From: Spirochaetia bacterium
GTDB taxonomy: Bacteria; Spirochaetota; Spirochaetia; SZUA-6; Bin103
Direction of reading: 5' to 3'
Length of the DNA: 64,000 nucleotides
Assembly (NCBI GenBank): GCA_965203905.1
Contig: CBDBDQ010000005.1
Span: 6,912,001-6,976,000 of the forward strand
The position numbers and the translations under genes are program-made. Position 1 is the first letter of the stretch; every line of letters starts with the position of its first letter. The notes under the pieces were generated by a model. That model saw only the letters and a list, made by a program, of their open reading frames with translations, did no database searches and was not told where the DNA came from. Shown here piece by piece: positions 1 to 9,019 of this stretch.

Positions 1-45
1 CTGATCGGTCATGAAGAGGATGATATTGGGTCGGTTCATGGTCAT
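1..45 (-). CDS. Sulfatase, N-terminus only (runs off the window edge)
   Basis: Reverse strand from the ATG at 45 reads MTMNRPNIILFMTDQ, the classic sulfatase N-terminal motif. An SD-like GGGAG lies upstream. Not in the ORF track. Confidence 0.85.
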   Translation of the reverse strand, partial: MTMNRPNIILFMTDQ

Positions 46-73
46 GGATCGCTCCCCATACCCGCATTGTCGG

Positions 74-1186
74 CTACTTGTACGGATCGGCCGCATCGCG
101 CAGACCATCTCCGAGGAAGTTGAAGGCCAACACGGCAACGACCACGAACAGGGCCGGGATGATCAGCCAGGGGAAAGCGGCGACGCTGCGCAGCTTCTGC
201 GCATCCTGCAGCAGCACGCCCCAGCTCACCGCGGGCGAGCGCAGACCCAGACCCAGGAAGCTGAGCGCGGTCTCCGCGAGAATCATGGTGGGGATGTCGA
301 GGCTCACGCTGACGATCAGGTATCCGGCGAAGTTCGGCAGCAGGTGACCGCGAATGATGCCCGACTCCTTCATTCCGGCCAGCCGGGCGGCCATGACGAA
401 GTCCAGCTCCCGCAGCTCCAACAGCTTGCCCCTCACCACGCGGGCCAGCCGGCCCCAGCTCACCAGTGACAGCACGATCACGATGCCGAAGTAGATGCGC
501 AGAATGGGCCAGTCCCGCGGCATCGCCGCGCTCAGCGCCAACCACAGCGGAATGGTCGGCAGCGACATCAGGAACTCGATGACGCGCTGGATCACCATGT
601 CGACACGGCCGCCGTAGTAGCCGGATATGCCGCCCAGGGTCACCCCTATCACGAAGGTCAGCGCCACCCCGGCCAAGCCGATGAAGAGCGACACGCGAGC
701 AGCGTAGATGGTGCGGGAGTAGACATCCCGCCCGATGGTGTCGGTCCCGAACAGGAACAGCCCGCCGGGCTGCTCGACGCTGAACAGGTGGCGATCGAGA
801 TCGAACAGGCCGAACAACCGGTAGCTCTCGCCACGAGCGAACAGGCGCACCGGGTAGCGCAGGTTCGGATCCTCGGCGTACACCAGTGCCAGGGTCTCGC
901 TGTCGCGGGTCGACGTGATGCCGTAGACGAAGGGCCGCAGGTGGAAGCGGCCCGCGGCGTCGACGAAGTGAATGCGGGACGGCGGATGGGAAATGGCGTC
1001 GACGAAGCGCCGCTCCACCGAGTACGGCGTGAAGAACTCCGCGAAGATGCCGAACCCGCCCAGGACCACCAGGATGCCGCTCCCCAGCAGGGCCAGGTGG
1101 TGGCGGCGGAACTTGCGCCACATGAGCTGCCAGCCCGAGGCCAGGAAGTAGCGTTCCTCCACGCTCGCCTGCTCCCCTCCGCTCAC
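74..1186 (-). CDS. ABC transporter permease (DppC/OppC-like)
   Basis: Motifs FGTDTIGRDVYSR, DFVMAARLAG and ILAETALSFLGLG. The GTG start at 1186 overlaps the upstream TGA (GTGA). Confidence 0.92.
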   Translation of the reverse strand: MSGGEQASVEERYFLASGWQLMWRKFRRHHLALLGSGILVVLGGFGIFAEFFTPYSVERRFVDAISHPPSRIHFVDAAGRFHLRPFVYGITSTRDSETLALVYAEDPNLRYPVRLFARGESYRLFGLFDLDRHLFSVEQPGGLFLFGTDTIGRDVYSRTIYAARVSLFIGLAGVALTFVIGVTLGGISGYYGGRVDMVIQRVIEFLMSLPTIPLWLALSAAMPRDWPILRIYFGIVIVLSLVSWGRLARVVRGKLLELRELDFVMAARLAGMKESGIIRGHLLPNFAGYLIVSVSLDIPTMILAETALSFLGLGLRSPAVSWGVLLQDAQKLRSVAAFPWLIIPALFVVVAVLAFNFLGDGLRDAADPYK

Positions 1187-2178
1187 GTCGCGACCCCCTT
1201 CTCGACCCGAATCCGCGGGTCCACGGCCACTAGCAGAAAGTCGGAGATGATGGTCCCGACGATGGTGAGCCAGCCCAGCAGCAGAATGATCGCGCCCGCC
1301 AGGAACATGTCCTCCACCAGCAGCGCCGAGTAGAGCGCCGGGCCGATCGTGGGCAACGACAGCACCAGGGCGCTGATTGTGGATCCCGATACGATCTCCG
1401 GCAGCAGCCAGCCGACGGTGCTGATGATGGGATTTATCGCCACCCGCACCGGGTAGCGGAACAGCAGCGCCCGCTCCCCCACGCCCTTGGCACGCGCAGT
1501 CACCACGTACTGCTTGGCAAGCTCGTCCAGCAGGGAGCCCCGCATCACCCGAATGAGGCTGGCGGTGCCCGCCGTGCCGATGACGATGATCGGCACCGGC
1601 AGGTGCTTGATGAGGTCGAGCACCTTGCCGAAGCTCCAGGGCGTCCCCGCGTAGTCGGCAGAGAACAGGCCGCCGGCGCTTACGCCCAGGTTCTGCAGAA
1701 TGAACATCAGGATCAGCGCCAGCAGGAAGTTCGGCGACGCCAGCCCGATGAAGCCGACCACCGTGAGCACGTAGTCGCCCGCCGAGTACTGGTGGGTGGC
1801 CGAGTACACGCCGATGGGAATGGCCAGCAGGTAGGTGAACACCAGGGTCGTGAAGGTCACGATGACGGTGAGACCCAGTCGCTCGCCGATCACCTCGTGC
1901 ACCGGCCGGTTGTGGCGGTACGAGTACCCGAGGTCGCCCCGAACGATCTTGGCGAACCACTTCAGGTACTGCACGTGGAGCGGCTTGTCGAGGTCGTAGC
2001 GCACTCTGAGCTGATCCAGCACCGCCTGACTCGCCGCGTCGTCGCTGGCCGCGAGCTTGAGCGCGTACGAGGTGACGAAGTCGCCCGGCGGGAGCTGGAT
2101 GATCACGAAGCTGACCACGCTGATCAGCCACACCACCACCAGCATGTAGCCGAGCCGACGGACGACGTAGCGCAGCAG
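1183..2178 (-). CDS. ABC transporter permease (DppB/OppB-like)
   Basis: Motifs QLPPGD, GDLGYS and YVVTARAKG. The in-frame N-terminus LLRYVVRRLGY upstream of the ATG at 2145 suggests a CTG start at 2178. Confidence 0.9.
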   Translation of the reverse strand: MLRYVVRRLGYMLVVVWLISVVSFVIIQLPPGDFVTSYALKLAASDDAASQAVLDQLRVRYDLDKPLHVQYLKWFAKIVRGDLGYSYRHNRPVHEVIGERLGLTVIVTFTTLVFTYLLAIPIGVYSATHQYSAGDYVLTVVGFIGLASPNFLLALILMFILQNLGVSAGGLFSADYAGTPWSFGKVLDLIKHLPVPIIVIGTAGTASLIRVMRGSLLDELAKQYVVTARAKGVGERALLFRYPVRVAINPIISTVGWLLPEIVSGSTISALVLSLPTIGPALYSALLVEDMFLAGAIILLLGWLTIVGTIISDFLLVAVDPRIRVEKGVAT

Positions 2179-2225
2179 CCTGATCCGCCCCGCCGGTATT
2201 CTGCCTTATCCCGCCGAGTCGCCGC

Positions 2226-4271
2226 CTACTGCTTGATGTACCAGGTCTCCGAGAGGTACGGGTGCAGCCGCCGCATGCCGATCACCCAGCCCGGCTCACC
2301 GCGCATGTTGCCGATCCGGTTGTTGACGATGCGCACCAGCGGCGGGCTGGTGACGGTGCCGAAGAAGCGCAGGTTCTCGATGTTCAGCCGGATCATCTCG
2401 TTGGCGAGCTGCTGGTAGCGGTCGCTGCCCTGCGGCTCCACCATCCACGCCATCGCCGCCTCGAACGCGCTCTTGACGTCGGCGGGCGGTTCGATTCCCT
2501 CGCTGCCGCCCGAGTCCAGCCACTGCCGCCACGGCAATGCCGCCATGGCGCAGCAACTCACGTTGTGATACGGCGGGATCAGCCTGATCGGCGTCGCGCT
2601 GCGCGCGCGGATGGGGGAGCCGCCGTCGCTGCTCCAGATGCCGACGTCCAGCTCGTTGGCGTGGCCGCGGGTGTTCCACAGCTTGCAGTCGAGCAGCTTC
2701 GGCTCGTAGCGCACCCCGATCTGCGCCCAGTAGCTGCGTACCAGCTCCTCGTGGCGCTCGACGTAGCCCTTCCAGCTTATGCAGTGCTCACCGAGGATCT
2801 GCAGCACCTCGCCGTCGGGCCGCAGCCGCCACTTGCGGTCGGCATCCCATTGCAGACCCATGTCGTCCAGCAGTTGATTGGCGCGGGCCACGTCGTGCTC
2901 GGCGAAGTGACTCCCCATCCACTCCTCGTAGCCGGGCCACTCCGGCCGCACGGGTGAAGTGAACGGCTTGGTCTGGCCCAGGAACAGGGTCTCGCTGATG
3001 TCGGCGCGATCGATCGCCAGCGACAGCGCCTGGCGAAAACGGATGTCGTTGAAGATCTCCCGCAGCACGGGGTCCTTGTGGGTGTAGTTCAGCGCATAGC
3101 CCTGGGCGAACGAGGTGCCGTCGTCCTCGAACAGGTAGGTGGTATAGCCGCCGCTCTCCTCGTTCTGCTTGTAGATCGGAAAGTCGGAGAAGGTCAGGCG
3201 CGGGCGGGCGAAGTCGATCTCACCGTTCATCGCCTTGAGCGGGACGGTCTCGCCGGGGTTTTCCAGCACCGGCTGCCGGATCTCGTCGATGTACGGCAGC
3301 TGGTTTCCCGCGACGTCGATCATGTAGTAGTAGGGATTGCGTTCCCAGATGTGCGCCTCAGCGCTCATCTGGGTCAACTGCCACGGGTGGATCACCGGCG
3401 CCTCGGGATCGCGGTTATAGTACTTGTGACGCGTGGTCCACACGCCGTGGAACTGAAACGCCTGCCACCAGGAATCGAATCCCTCCGACTTCGCCAGCTC
3501 TTCGGCGTCGGCGTTGTAGTCGACGTGGTACTGCTCCAGGTAATGGCGCGGTGCCCAGGGCCGTGACAGGTGCCAACTGTCGCCGGCGTTCTTGACCGGA
3601 ACCGCGAAGCTGAATTCGACCGTGTAGGGATCGATCACGGTGAGCTGCATCGGCTCGCCGCCGGGGCGGTACAGCGCACTCAACTCGGGCGTGATACTCT
3701 CGTTCTGCTGGATGTCGGACCACCAGAAGGTGATGTCGTCGGCGTCGAGGTCCTCGCCGTCGGACCACTTCAAGCCGGGCCGGAAGAACAGCTTGAGGCT
3801 GGTGTCGTCGGCGGGCTGCTCCCAGCCCTTGATCACGTTGGGATAGAACTTGCTGCCGTCGGGCGGCCAGATCAGCATGCGCCGGCGGATGCGGTCGGTG
3901 ATCTCGCTGGTCTCCTCGCCGGCAGGATGGAAGTCGCGCAGAGATCCGCCGTACTGCCCGATCTCGTCGAGCGGCCGGACTACCAGCGGCTCGTCGGGCA
4001 ACCGCTCCTCGACCGGCGGCAGCACTCCTTCGGCTACCAGCGCGGCGAGCATCGGCGACTCCCCGAACGACGCGATGGTGTTGCCGGTCACCCTGGTGTA
4101 CTCGGCCGGCGTGGCGAAGATGTGATCCTTGAACGGCTCGCCGGTTACCGGCGTACCCGCCTGCATGGCGCCGCCGCCGGAAGCCTGCTCCCCGGCAGGC
4201 GCGGCATATGCAAGATGGCCGACGATCAGCAGACCGACACCCAATAGCAAACCCAATCTCATGCAGCGCAT
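2226..4271 (-). CDS. ABC substrate-binding protein, family 5 (oligosaccharide/peptide-type)
   Basis: Signal peptide, then LPPVEERLPDEP, GQYGG, ERNPYY..D.AGNQLPYID and FRQALSLAIDR. Confidence 0.93.
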   Translation of the reverse strand: MRCMRLGLLLGVGLLIVGHLAYAAPAGEQASGGGAMQAGTPVTGEPFKDHIFATPAEYTRVTGNTIASFGESPMLAALVAEGVLPPVEERLPDEPLVVRPLDEIGQYGGSLRDFHPAGEETSEITDRIRRRMLIWPPDGSKFYPNVIKGWEQPADDTSLKLFFRPGLKWSDGEDLDADDITFWWSDIQQNESITPELSALYRPGGEPMQLTVIDPYTVEFSFAVPVKNAGDSWHLSRPWAPRHYLEQYHVDYNADAEELAKSEGFDSWWQAFQFHGVWTTRHKYYNRDPEAPVIHPWQLTQMSAEAHIWERNPYYYMIDVAGNQLPYIDEIRQPVLENPGETVPLKAMNGEIDFARPRLTFSDFPIYKQNEESGGYTTYLFEDDGTSFAQGYALNYTHKDPVLREIFNDIRFRQALSLAIDRADISETLFLGQTKPFTSPVRPEWPGYEEWMGSHFAEHDVARANQLLDDMGLQWDADRKWRLRPDGEVLQILGEHCISWKGYVERHEELVRSYWAQIGVRYEPKLLDCKLWNTRGHANELDVGIWSSDGGSPIRARSATPIRLIPPYHNVSCCAMAALPWRQWLDSGGSEGIEPPADVKSAFEAAMAWMVEPQGSDRYQQLANEMIRLNIENLRFFGTVTSPPLVRIVNNRIGNMRGEPGWVIGMRRLHPYLSETWYIKQ

Positions 4272-4333
4272 GAAGGCCTCCTTCCCAGGACGGACGACAG
4301 ATTCCCACTACCCTATACTTGCGGACGGTGTTG

Positions 4334-5914
4334 TCAAGTCTCCCCGCCCGACGCACCGGACGCGGCGCGCAGGTCGGCCAGTGCCGAGTAGGCGCCGGTG
4401 AGGTGCCGCAACGCTTCGCGGTAGGCGGTAACGCAGGGGCGGTAGCGCCGGTGGGCGATGGCATCCGGCGCCAGGGGCTCGCCTGGCTGCGCGATGCGGC
4501 GCGCCGTGGCCGCCATGTCGGGGAAGATGCCGACCGCGTGGCCGGCGATGATGGCACTCCCCAGGGTGGGCGAGTCCGGCAGCCCCAGGCGCGCATAGGG
4601 CAGTCCCAGCACGTCGGCCTTGATCCGGTTCCACAGCTTGCTGGCGGCGCCGCCGCCGATCACCCGCACGGTGCCGGCGGGGAGGGCGGGTAGCGCGGCG
4701 CGCAGCGCCCGATGTGCCAGGGCATACTCGTACGCCACCGACTCCAGCAGGGCGCGATAGAAGTGCGGCCGGCGATGGGTCCAGGTGAAGCCGACCCAGG
4801 CCCCGCGCGTATCCGGCTCGTTGGGACACGCGCGGCCCATCAGGTGGGGCACGCAGAGGAGGCCGTCGGCGCCCGGGGAAAGCTCCGCCGCCGCGGCGTC
4901 CAGTTCCTCGAAGGCGGCGCTGTCCGTGGTGTCCGCCGCGGCCGCCCTGTCCGCGAACTGGTCGGCGAACCAGCGATGGGTCAGACCGCCGCCGTTGATG
5001 TACATCACCGAGTACCAGGTGCCGCCACCGAGCGGGCTGGCGATCGGCTTCAGCATGCGCGTGTCCAAGTCGGCGAAGTAATCGTCCAGACAGATCCCGA
5101 ACACCGGGAAGGTCCCGGCCACGTCGATCAGCTGGCCCGGGGCGACCATGCCGGCGCCCAGGAAGCCCGCCGCCTGGTCACCGGCGCCGGCCACCACCGG
5201 GAGGCCGGGCGTCAGGCCGCAGGCCGCCGCGGCCTCCCGTGAGAGGTGCCCCACCACCTCGGTGGCAGCCACGATCCGCGGCATCCGGGCCAGGCCGTCG
5301 GCGCCCAGTCCCGTGGCTTCGGCCAATTCCGGCGACCAGCGGTGGCGCGCGGTGTCGTTCAGTCCGATCCAGGTGAGGTAGGAAGGATCGACGAAGGCCT
5401 GCTCCGCCGTGAGGCCCGCCATCCGGCCGGCGACGTATCCCGCCAGGGTAACCACCTTGGCGATGCGCCGGTACCGTTCCGGCGCCTCCTGCCGCCACCA
5501 CAGCATGCGCGGCGCCATGATCGGCAGGTCGCCGCACAGCTCGATCAGGCGTGCTCCGGCGCGGGCCGCCATCTGTTGCTGGTGCGGCAGGTAGCGGCCG
5601 TCCAGTCCCGACGGGTACCACGGCGTCAGCGGCTGAAACCGGCGATCGACGCCCATGGCGCCGCCCATCTGGCCGTCACACGCGAGCCCGGCCACCTGCG
5701 CCGGCGCGGCCCGCGCGCGGCTCATCACCGCGCCGATGCTGGCCGCGGCCGCGGCGGCGAACTCCTCCGCGTCCTGCTCCGCCACGCCGGGAGCCGGCTG
5801 GTGCAACGGCGCGGGCCGGGTCTCGGCCGCGACCAGGTTGCCGTCCGTGTCGTACAGCCCGGCCTTGACCGCGCTGGTCCCGAGATCCACGCCGATCAGA
5901 TACTCCTGCGCCAC
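4334..5914 (-). CDS. FGGY-family carbohydrate kinase (xylulokinase-like)
   Basis: Motifs IGVDLGTSAVKA, GAGDQAAG and IGGGAASKLWNRIKADVLG. GTG start at 5914 with an SD GGGGAG. Confidence 0.92.
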   Translation of the reverse strand: MAQEYLIGVDLGTSAVKAGLYDTDGNLVAAETRPAPLHQPAPGVAEQDAEEFAAAAAASIGAVMSRARAAPAQVAGLACDGQMGGAMGVDRRFQPLTPWYPSGLDGRYLPHQQQMAARAGARLIELCGDLPIMAPRMLWWRQEAPERYRRIAKVVTLAGYVAGRMAGLTAEQAFVDPSYLTWIGLNDTARHRWSPELAEATGLGADGLARMPRIVAATEVVGHLSREAAAACGLTPGLPVVAGAGDQAAGFLGAGMVAPGQLIDVAGTFPVFGICLDDYFADLDTRMLKPIASPLGGGTWYSVMYINGGGLTHRWFADQFADRAAAADTTDSAAFEELDAAAAELSPGADGLLCVPHLMGRACPNEPDTRGAWVGFTWTHRRPHFYRALLESVAYEYALAHRALRAALPALPAGTVRVIGGGAASKLWNRIKADVLGLPYARLGLPDSPTLGSAIIAGHAVGIFPDMAATARRIAQPGEPLAPDAIAHRRYRPCVTAYREALRHLTGAYSALADLRAASGASGGET

Positions 5915-5959
5915 GCTCCCCTTGTACTCGCTGTCACCGGTACCGGCAAGCGCGGCCCT
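5698..5959. repeat. 262-bp direct repeat, copy A (kinase 5' end plus upstream region)
   Basis: Aligns without gaps to 8472-8733 with about 12 mismatches counted by eye. Confidence 0.95.
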
Positions 5960-6270
5960 GCACTTGCGAACGCAACAAGCACGCAGACGCCCGCGACCGC
6001 GTTTGCGGTACTCGCAACCCATCGCGGTCGAGACTGCGGCCGCTTCTCGGCGCTCTGCGTCAACCGGCTCTTTTCATCATCCCATACCAAGTCGTGTTCC
6101 GGGTCGCGCTTCTCTTCGAGAATCCCACGACCGTTCTGGTAGATTCGGAAGCAGCAAAGCGCTCGCCGGCCCGCTCCCGGCCAATCTGTAATTGCTTCTT
6201 CGATCGTTGGAGCACGCCCGAGCTCCGGCCCGTCCACCGACTCTACCTTGACGACGACGTAATCTGACAT
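5896..6270 (-). CDS. Small hypothetical protein or gene remnant
   Basis: ATG at 6270 with GGGAG just upstream and a protein-like N-terminus (MSDYVVVKVESVDGPELG). The C-terminus runs into the repeat. Confidence 0.3.
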   Translation of the reverse strand: MSDYVVVKVESVDGPELGRAPTIEEAITDWPGAGRRALCCFRIYQNGRGILEEKRDPEHDLVWDDEKSRLTQSAEKRPQSRPRWVASTANAVAGVCVLVAFASAGPRLPVPVTASTRGAWRRSI

Positions 6271-6355
6271 CTCCCACACACTCCCATAGTGGTAACAACG
6301 GAGGCAGGCACATCGGTACAACCCCAGACTATCTTTCCGGCGGACGAAAAAACTA

Positions 6356-6381
6356 TGAACGCCGACGACGTGCCGTTCGTT
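6356..6381 (+). promoter_or_regulatory. Putative ECF-dependent (autoregulatory) promoter
   Basis: TGAAC-N17-CGTT matches the AAC/CGT ECF promoter pattern and sits just upstream of the ECF sigma gene. Confidence 0.55.
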
Positions 6382-6403
6382 GTCCTTACAGGAACCTGCC
6401 TGA

Positions 6404-6916
6404 GTGGAGGAACGGGAAGCATGGGGTCAGGGTGGGCCGGTGTCGTTCGCGGAACTGTATGACGAGCTTGAGACGACGCTGCATCGCTATGCGGCGACGC
6501 TGGTCCGCGATCAGGAGCACGCGGCGGATCTGGTTCAGGAGACGTTCATCCGCGCCTGGGGGCACCTGTCGTTGCTGGGGCAGCTTACTGCTCCGCAGCG
6601 GCGGACGTGGTTACGACGCGTGTTGAGGAATCTGTTCATCGATCAGCGCCGCCGCGCTGCTCGGGAACAGTTGCTGATGGCCCAGCTTGAGCGCTTCACA
6701 CCGCGGAATGTCACCGATTCGCTGGTTTCCCTACAGGTCGAAGGACTGCTCGACACGCTGCCGGAGCCGTTGCGTGATCTGTGGTACCAGAGATACGAGG
6801 TCGGGATGAGCGGGGTGGAGCTAGCACGAGCCATGGGGATCTCGCCGGCCACGGTTCGTTCGCGGCTGCATGCGGCACGCAAGCTCCTGCGTCGGCAGGT
6901 GGATCGATACTTGTAA
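6404..6916 (+). CDS. ECF-type RNA polymerase sigma-70 factor
   Basis: Region 2 (AADLVQETFIRAW...WLRRVLRNLFID) and region 4 (ELARAMGISPATVRSRLHAARKLLR). Confidence 0.93.
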   Translation: MEEREAWGQGGPVSFAELYDELETTLHRYAATLVRDQEHAADLVQETFIRAWGHLSLLGQLTAPQRRTWLRRVLRNLFIDQRRRAAREQLLMAQLERFTPRNVTDSLVSLQVEGLLDTLPEPLRDLWYQRYEVGMSGVELARAMGISPATVRSRLHAARKLLRRQVDRYL

Positions 6917-6935
6917 TTCTGTGAGGAGGATCGCG

Positions 6936-8174
6936 ATGGCAAAAACCGATCAGGGAACGCGCTACGGTAACATCGGCGTGCTTGACGTGCGCAACGCAGA
7001 CCCAGATGCGATACGCGCCATACACAGCATCGGCAACGTGGGGTTGCTGCTCTTCGGAGCGGACACCCGGCCGCTAATCAACGCCCTACCGATCGGCAAT
7101 CTCGGTGACATGGTGGAGGCGGCGGCGCACTGCAGGGTGGAAATGGGCGCGGTGCGGTTGGACAGCGCCGCGCTGAGCAATCGCTCCGCGCCGATCAACA
7201 TGATCGTCATGGGTCAAGTAGTGATAGCGCCCGATGTGTCGTCTGCCGACATCGAGCAGGGGGTGGAGGCACTCATCTCGATGGGCAGTCTCGTCTGCCC
7301 AGACAACCTGATCGGTGTGCTCCGGCCGAAGATCCATGGGCTGATGGGAGAAGCGACCAGCTACCCCGCCGGCTGTGAGCTGTTCGTGGTCTCCGGAGCG
7401 CTGGAGTTGGACCACCAGGCCCTCGCCGCCATGAAGGATCGAACGGCGCTGTTGGTGAACGGACGCCTGGTCGTGCCTGAGACCCTTCCGAGCGAGCTGC
7501 TGGAGCGCAAGCTCGGTTGGATCAAGGTGAACGGGAAGCTGCTGTGCAATGAGGAGAATTTGCCGCTGATCCACCTTCTGGTGGAGGATCAATCGACGAT
7601 GCGCGTCACGGTGCTGCCCGCCGGATTCCGCTACCTCGATCGAGCGCTGACAATCGACAGCACGTTTCTCAGATTCAGTGGTGCCGCCAAGCTGTATTGC
7701 CGCAGGCGGGTCGTAGTGGATGCCGCGGTCACGGCTGCCGAGTTGGACCAGTACCTGGTGGCCGTGCGCTGTAGCGACCGGATTCTGGCCTCGGTAGCGC
7801 TGCGCGACGTGTTCGCCCCCAAGTGCGACCTGACGCAGGATCGGGTGCTGTTCTACGACGGCACGCTGTGGCTGGCGGACGACGACACGACAATTACGGC
7901 CGAACGTCTTACCTCCCTGGAAGGAGCGACCACGCTGTGGGTCGGTGGGGAACTGACGATCAAGGAGGCCGTGACTCCAGAGATGTTGGTTGAGAAGCTG
8001 GCCAAGGTGCACAACCATGGCACGATTCTCGGTAGCCCTGGGCAGATGAGCGCGTTGCAACTGTTGTTGGGTGACAACGAGGGTGAGTTGCGTGACCTCA
8101 GTGTGGACGAGGAAGCGGACGCGGAAGAGCCGGAGTGGCGAGGAGTCCGGAACGCCGGCTACCTGGTGCTGTGA
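6936..8174 (+). CDS. Soluble repeat-containing hypothetical protein, likely ECF partner
   Basis: Strong SD GAGGAGG, with the ATG 19 nt after the sigma stop. Internal 75-85 aa repeats, an acidic tail, a terminal NAGYLVL and no obvious TM helix. Confidence 0.85.
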   Translation: MAKTDQGTRYGNIGVLDVRNADPDAIRAIHSIGNVGLLLFGADTRPLINALPIGNLGDMVEAAAHCRVEMGAVRLDSAALSNRSAPINMIVMGQVVIAPDVSSADIEQGVEALISMGSLVCPDNLIGVLRPKIHGLMGEATSYPAGCELFVVSGALELDHQALAAMKDRTALLVNGRLVVPETLPSELLERKLGWIKVNGKLLCNEENLPLIHLLVEDQSTMRVTVLPAGFRYLDRALTIDSTFLRFSGAAKLYCRRRVVVDAAVTAAELDQYLVAVRCSDRILASVALRDVFAPKCDLTQDRVLFYDGTLWLADDDTTITAERLTSLEGATTLWVGGELTIKEAVTPEMLVEKLAKVHNHGTILGSPGQMSALQLLLGDNEGELRDLSVDEEADAEEPEWRGVRNAGYLVL

Positions 8175-8329
8175 TCAAAGAACAGCGAGGAGCGCATCGA
8201 TGTATTTTGACGTTCCATACCAGAAGAGCGTAAAGAGCGCCGGCTGGTACGCCTCGTGGACCTGCACCCCAGCGGCATTTTTCCTAATTCAGTTGTCGGT
8301 GATGTGAGGGGGCGGCACCGCGGGTATCG

Positions 8330-8361
8330 GCGCCGGCCGCCAACAGAACGGCGGCCGGCGC
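8330..8361. terminator. GC-rich hairpin, possible terminator
   Basis: Perfect 12-bp stem GCGCCGGCCGCC/GGCGGCCGGCGC with an 8-nt loop and no U-tract. Confidence 0.4.
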
Positions 8362-8460
8362 GCGTACCGAGGGGCTTGGGGGGCCGACGGGGATCTGCGA
8401 GTGCGGATAGGTCTGGGCGACCTCCAGAACACCATCCGTTCGACTTCATCACGCATCCCT

Positions 8461-8688
8461 TCAAAGCCGCCGCGCCGGAGCGGCCCGCGCGCGGCTCATC
8501 ACCGCGCCGATGCTGGCCGCGGCCGCCGCGGCGAACTCCTCCGCGTCCTGCTCCGCCACGCCCGGAGACGGCTGGTGCAACGGCGCGGGCCGGGTCTCAG
8601 CCGCGACCAGGTTACCGTCCGTGTCGTACAGCCCGGCCTTGACCGCGCTGATCCCCAGGTCCACGCCGATCAGATACTCCTGCCCCAC
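8461..8688 (-). pseudogene. Truncated 5' copy of the FGGY kinase (75 codons)
   Basis: VGQEYLIGVDLGISAVKAG...MSRARAAPA matches the kinase N-terminus, then the frame terminates. Confidence 0.9.
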
Positions 8689-8733
8689 GCTCCCCTTGTA
8701 CTCGCTGTCACCCGTACCCGCAAGCGCGGCCCT
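8472..8733. repeat. 262-bp direct repeat, copy B
   Basis: About 95% identical to 5698-5959. Confidence 0.95.
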
Positions 8734-9019
8734 CCACCGGCGGCAGCGTTTCGACTCGATGGTGGCCTCGACGGCAGCCTGCGCGACACGACCTCGGCCG
8801 GCTGAGCGGCGACGGTGCAGCAGGCATCCCACGCCATGTTGCCGGCCGACGATCCGGAAGAAATCCCGGAAGTGCAAGAAACACTTGACGCGTTCTTACG
8901 CGCTCATGGCGACCTCTATGGGACGTTGCGACGCTTGGACACTATTTCGATCGTCATTGACGGACCTCACTCCAGTGCCGCCAAGGCGAGTCGGTTCTAT
9001 CGACATCGGCACCGCAGCC

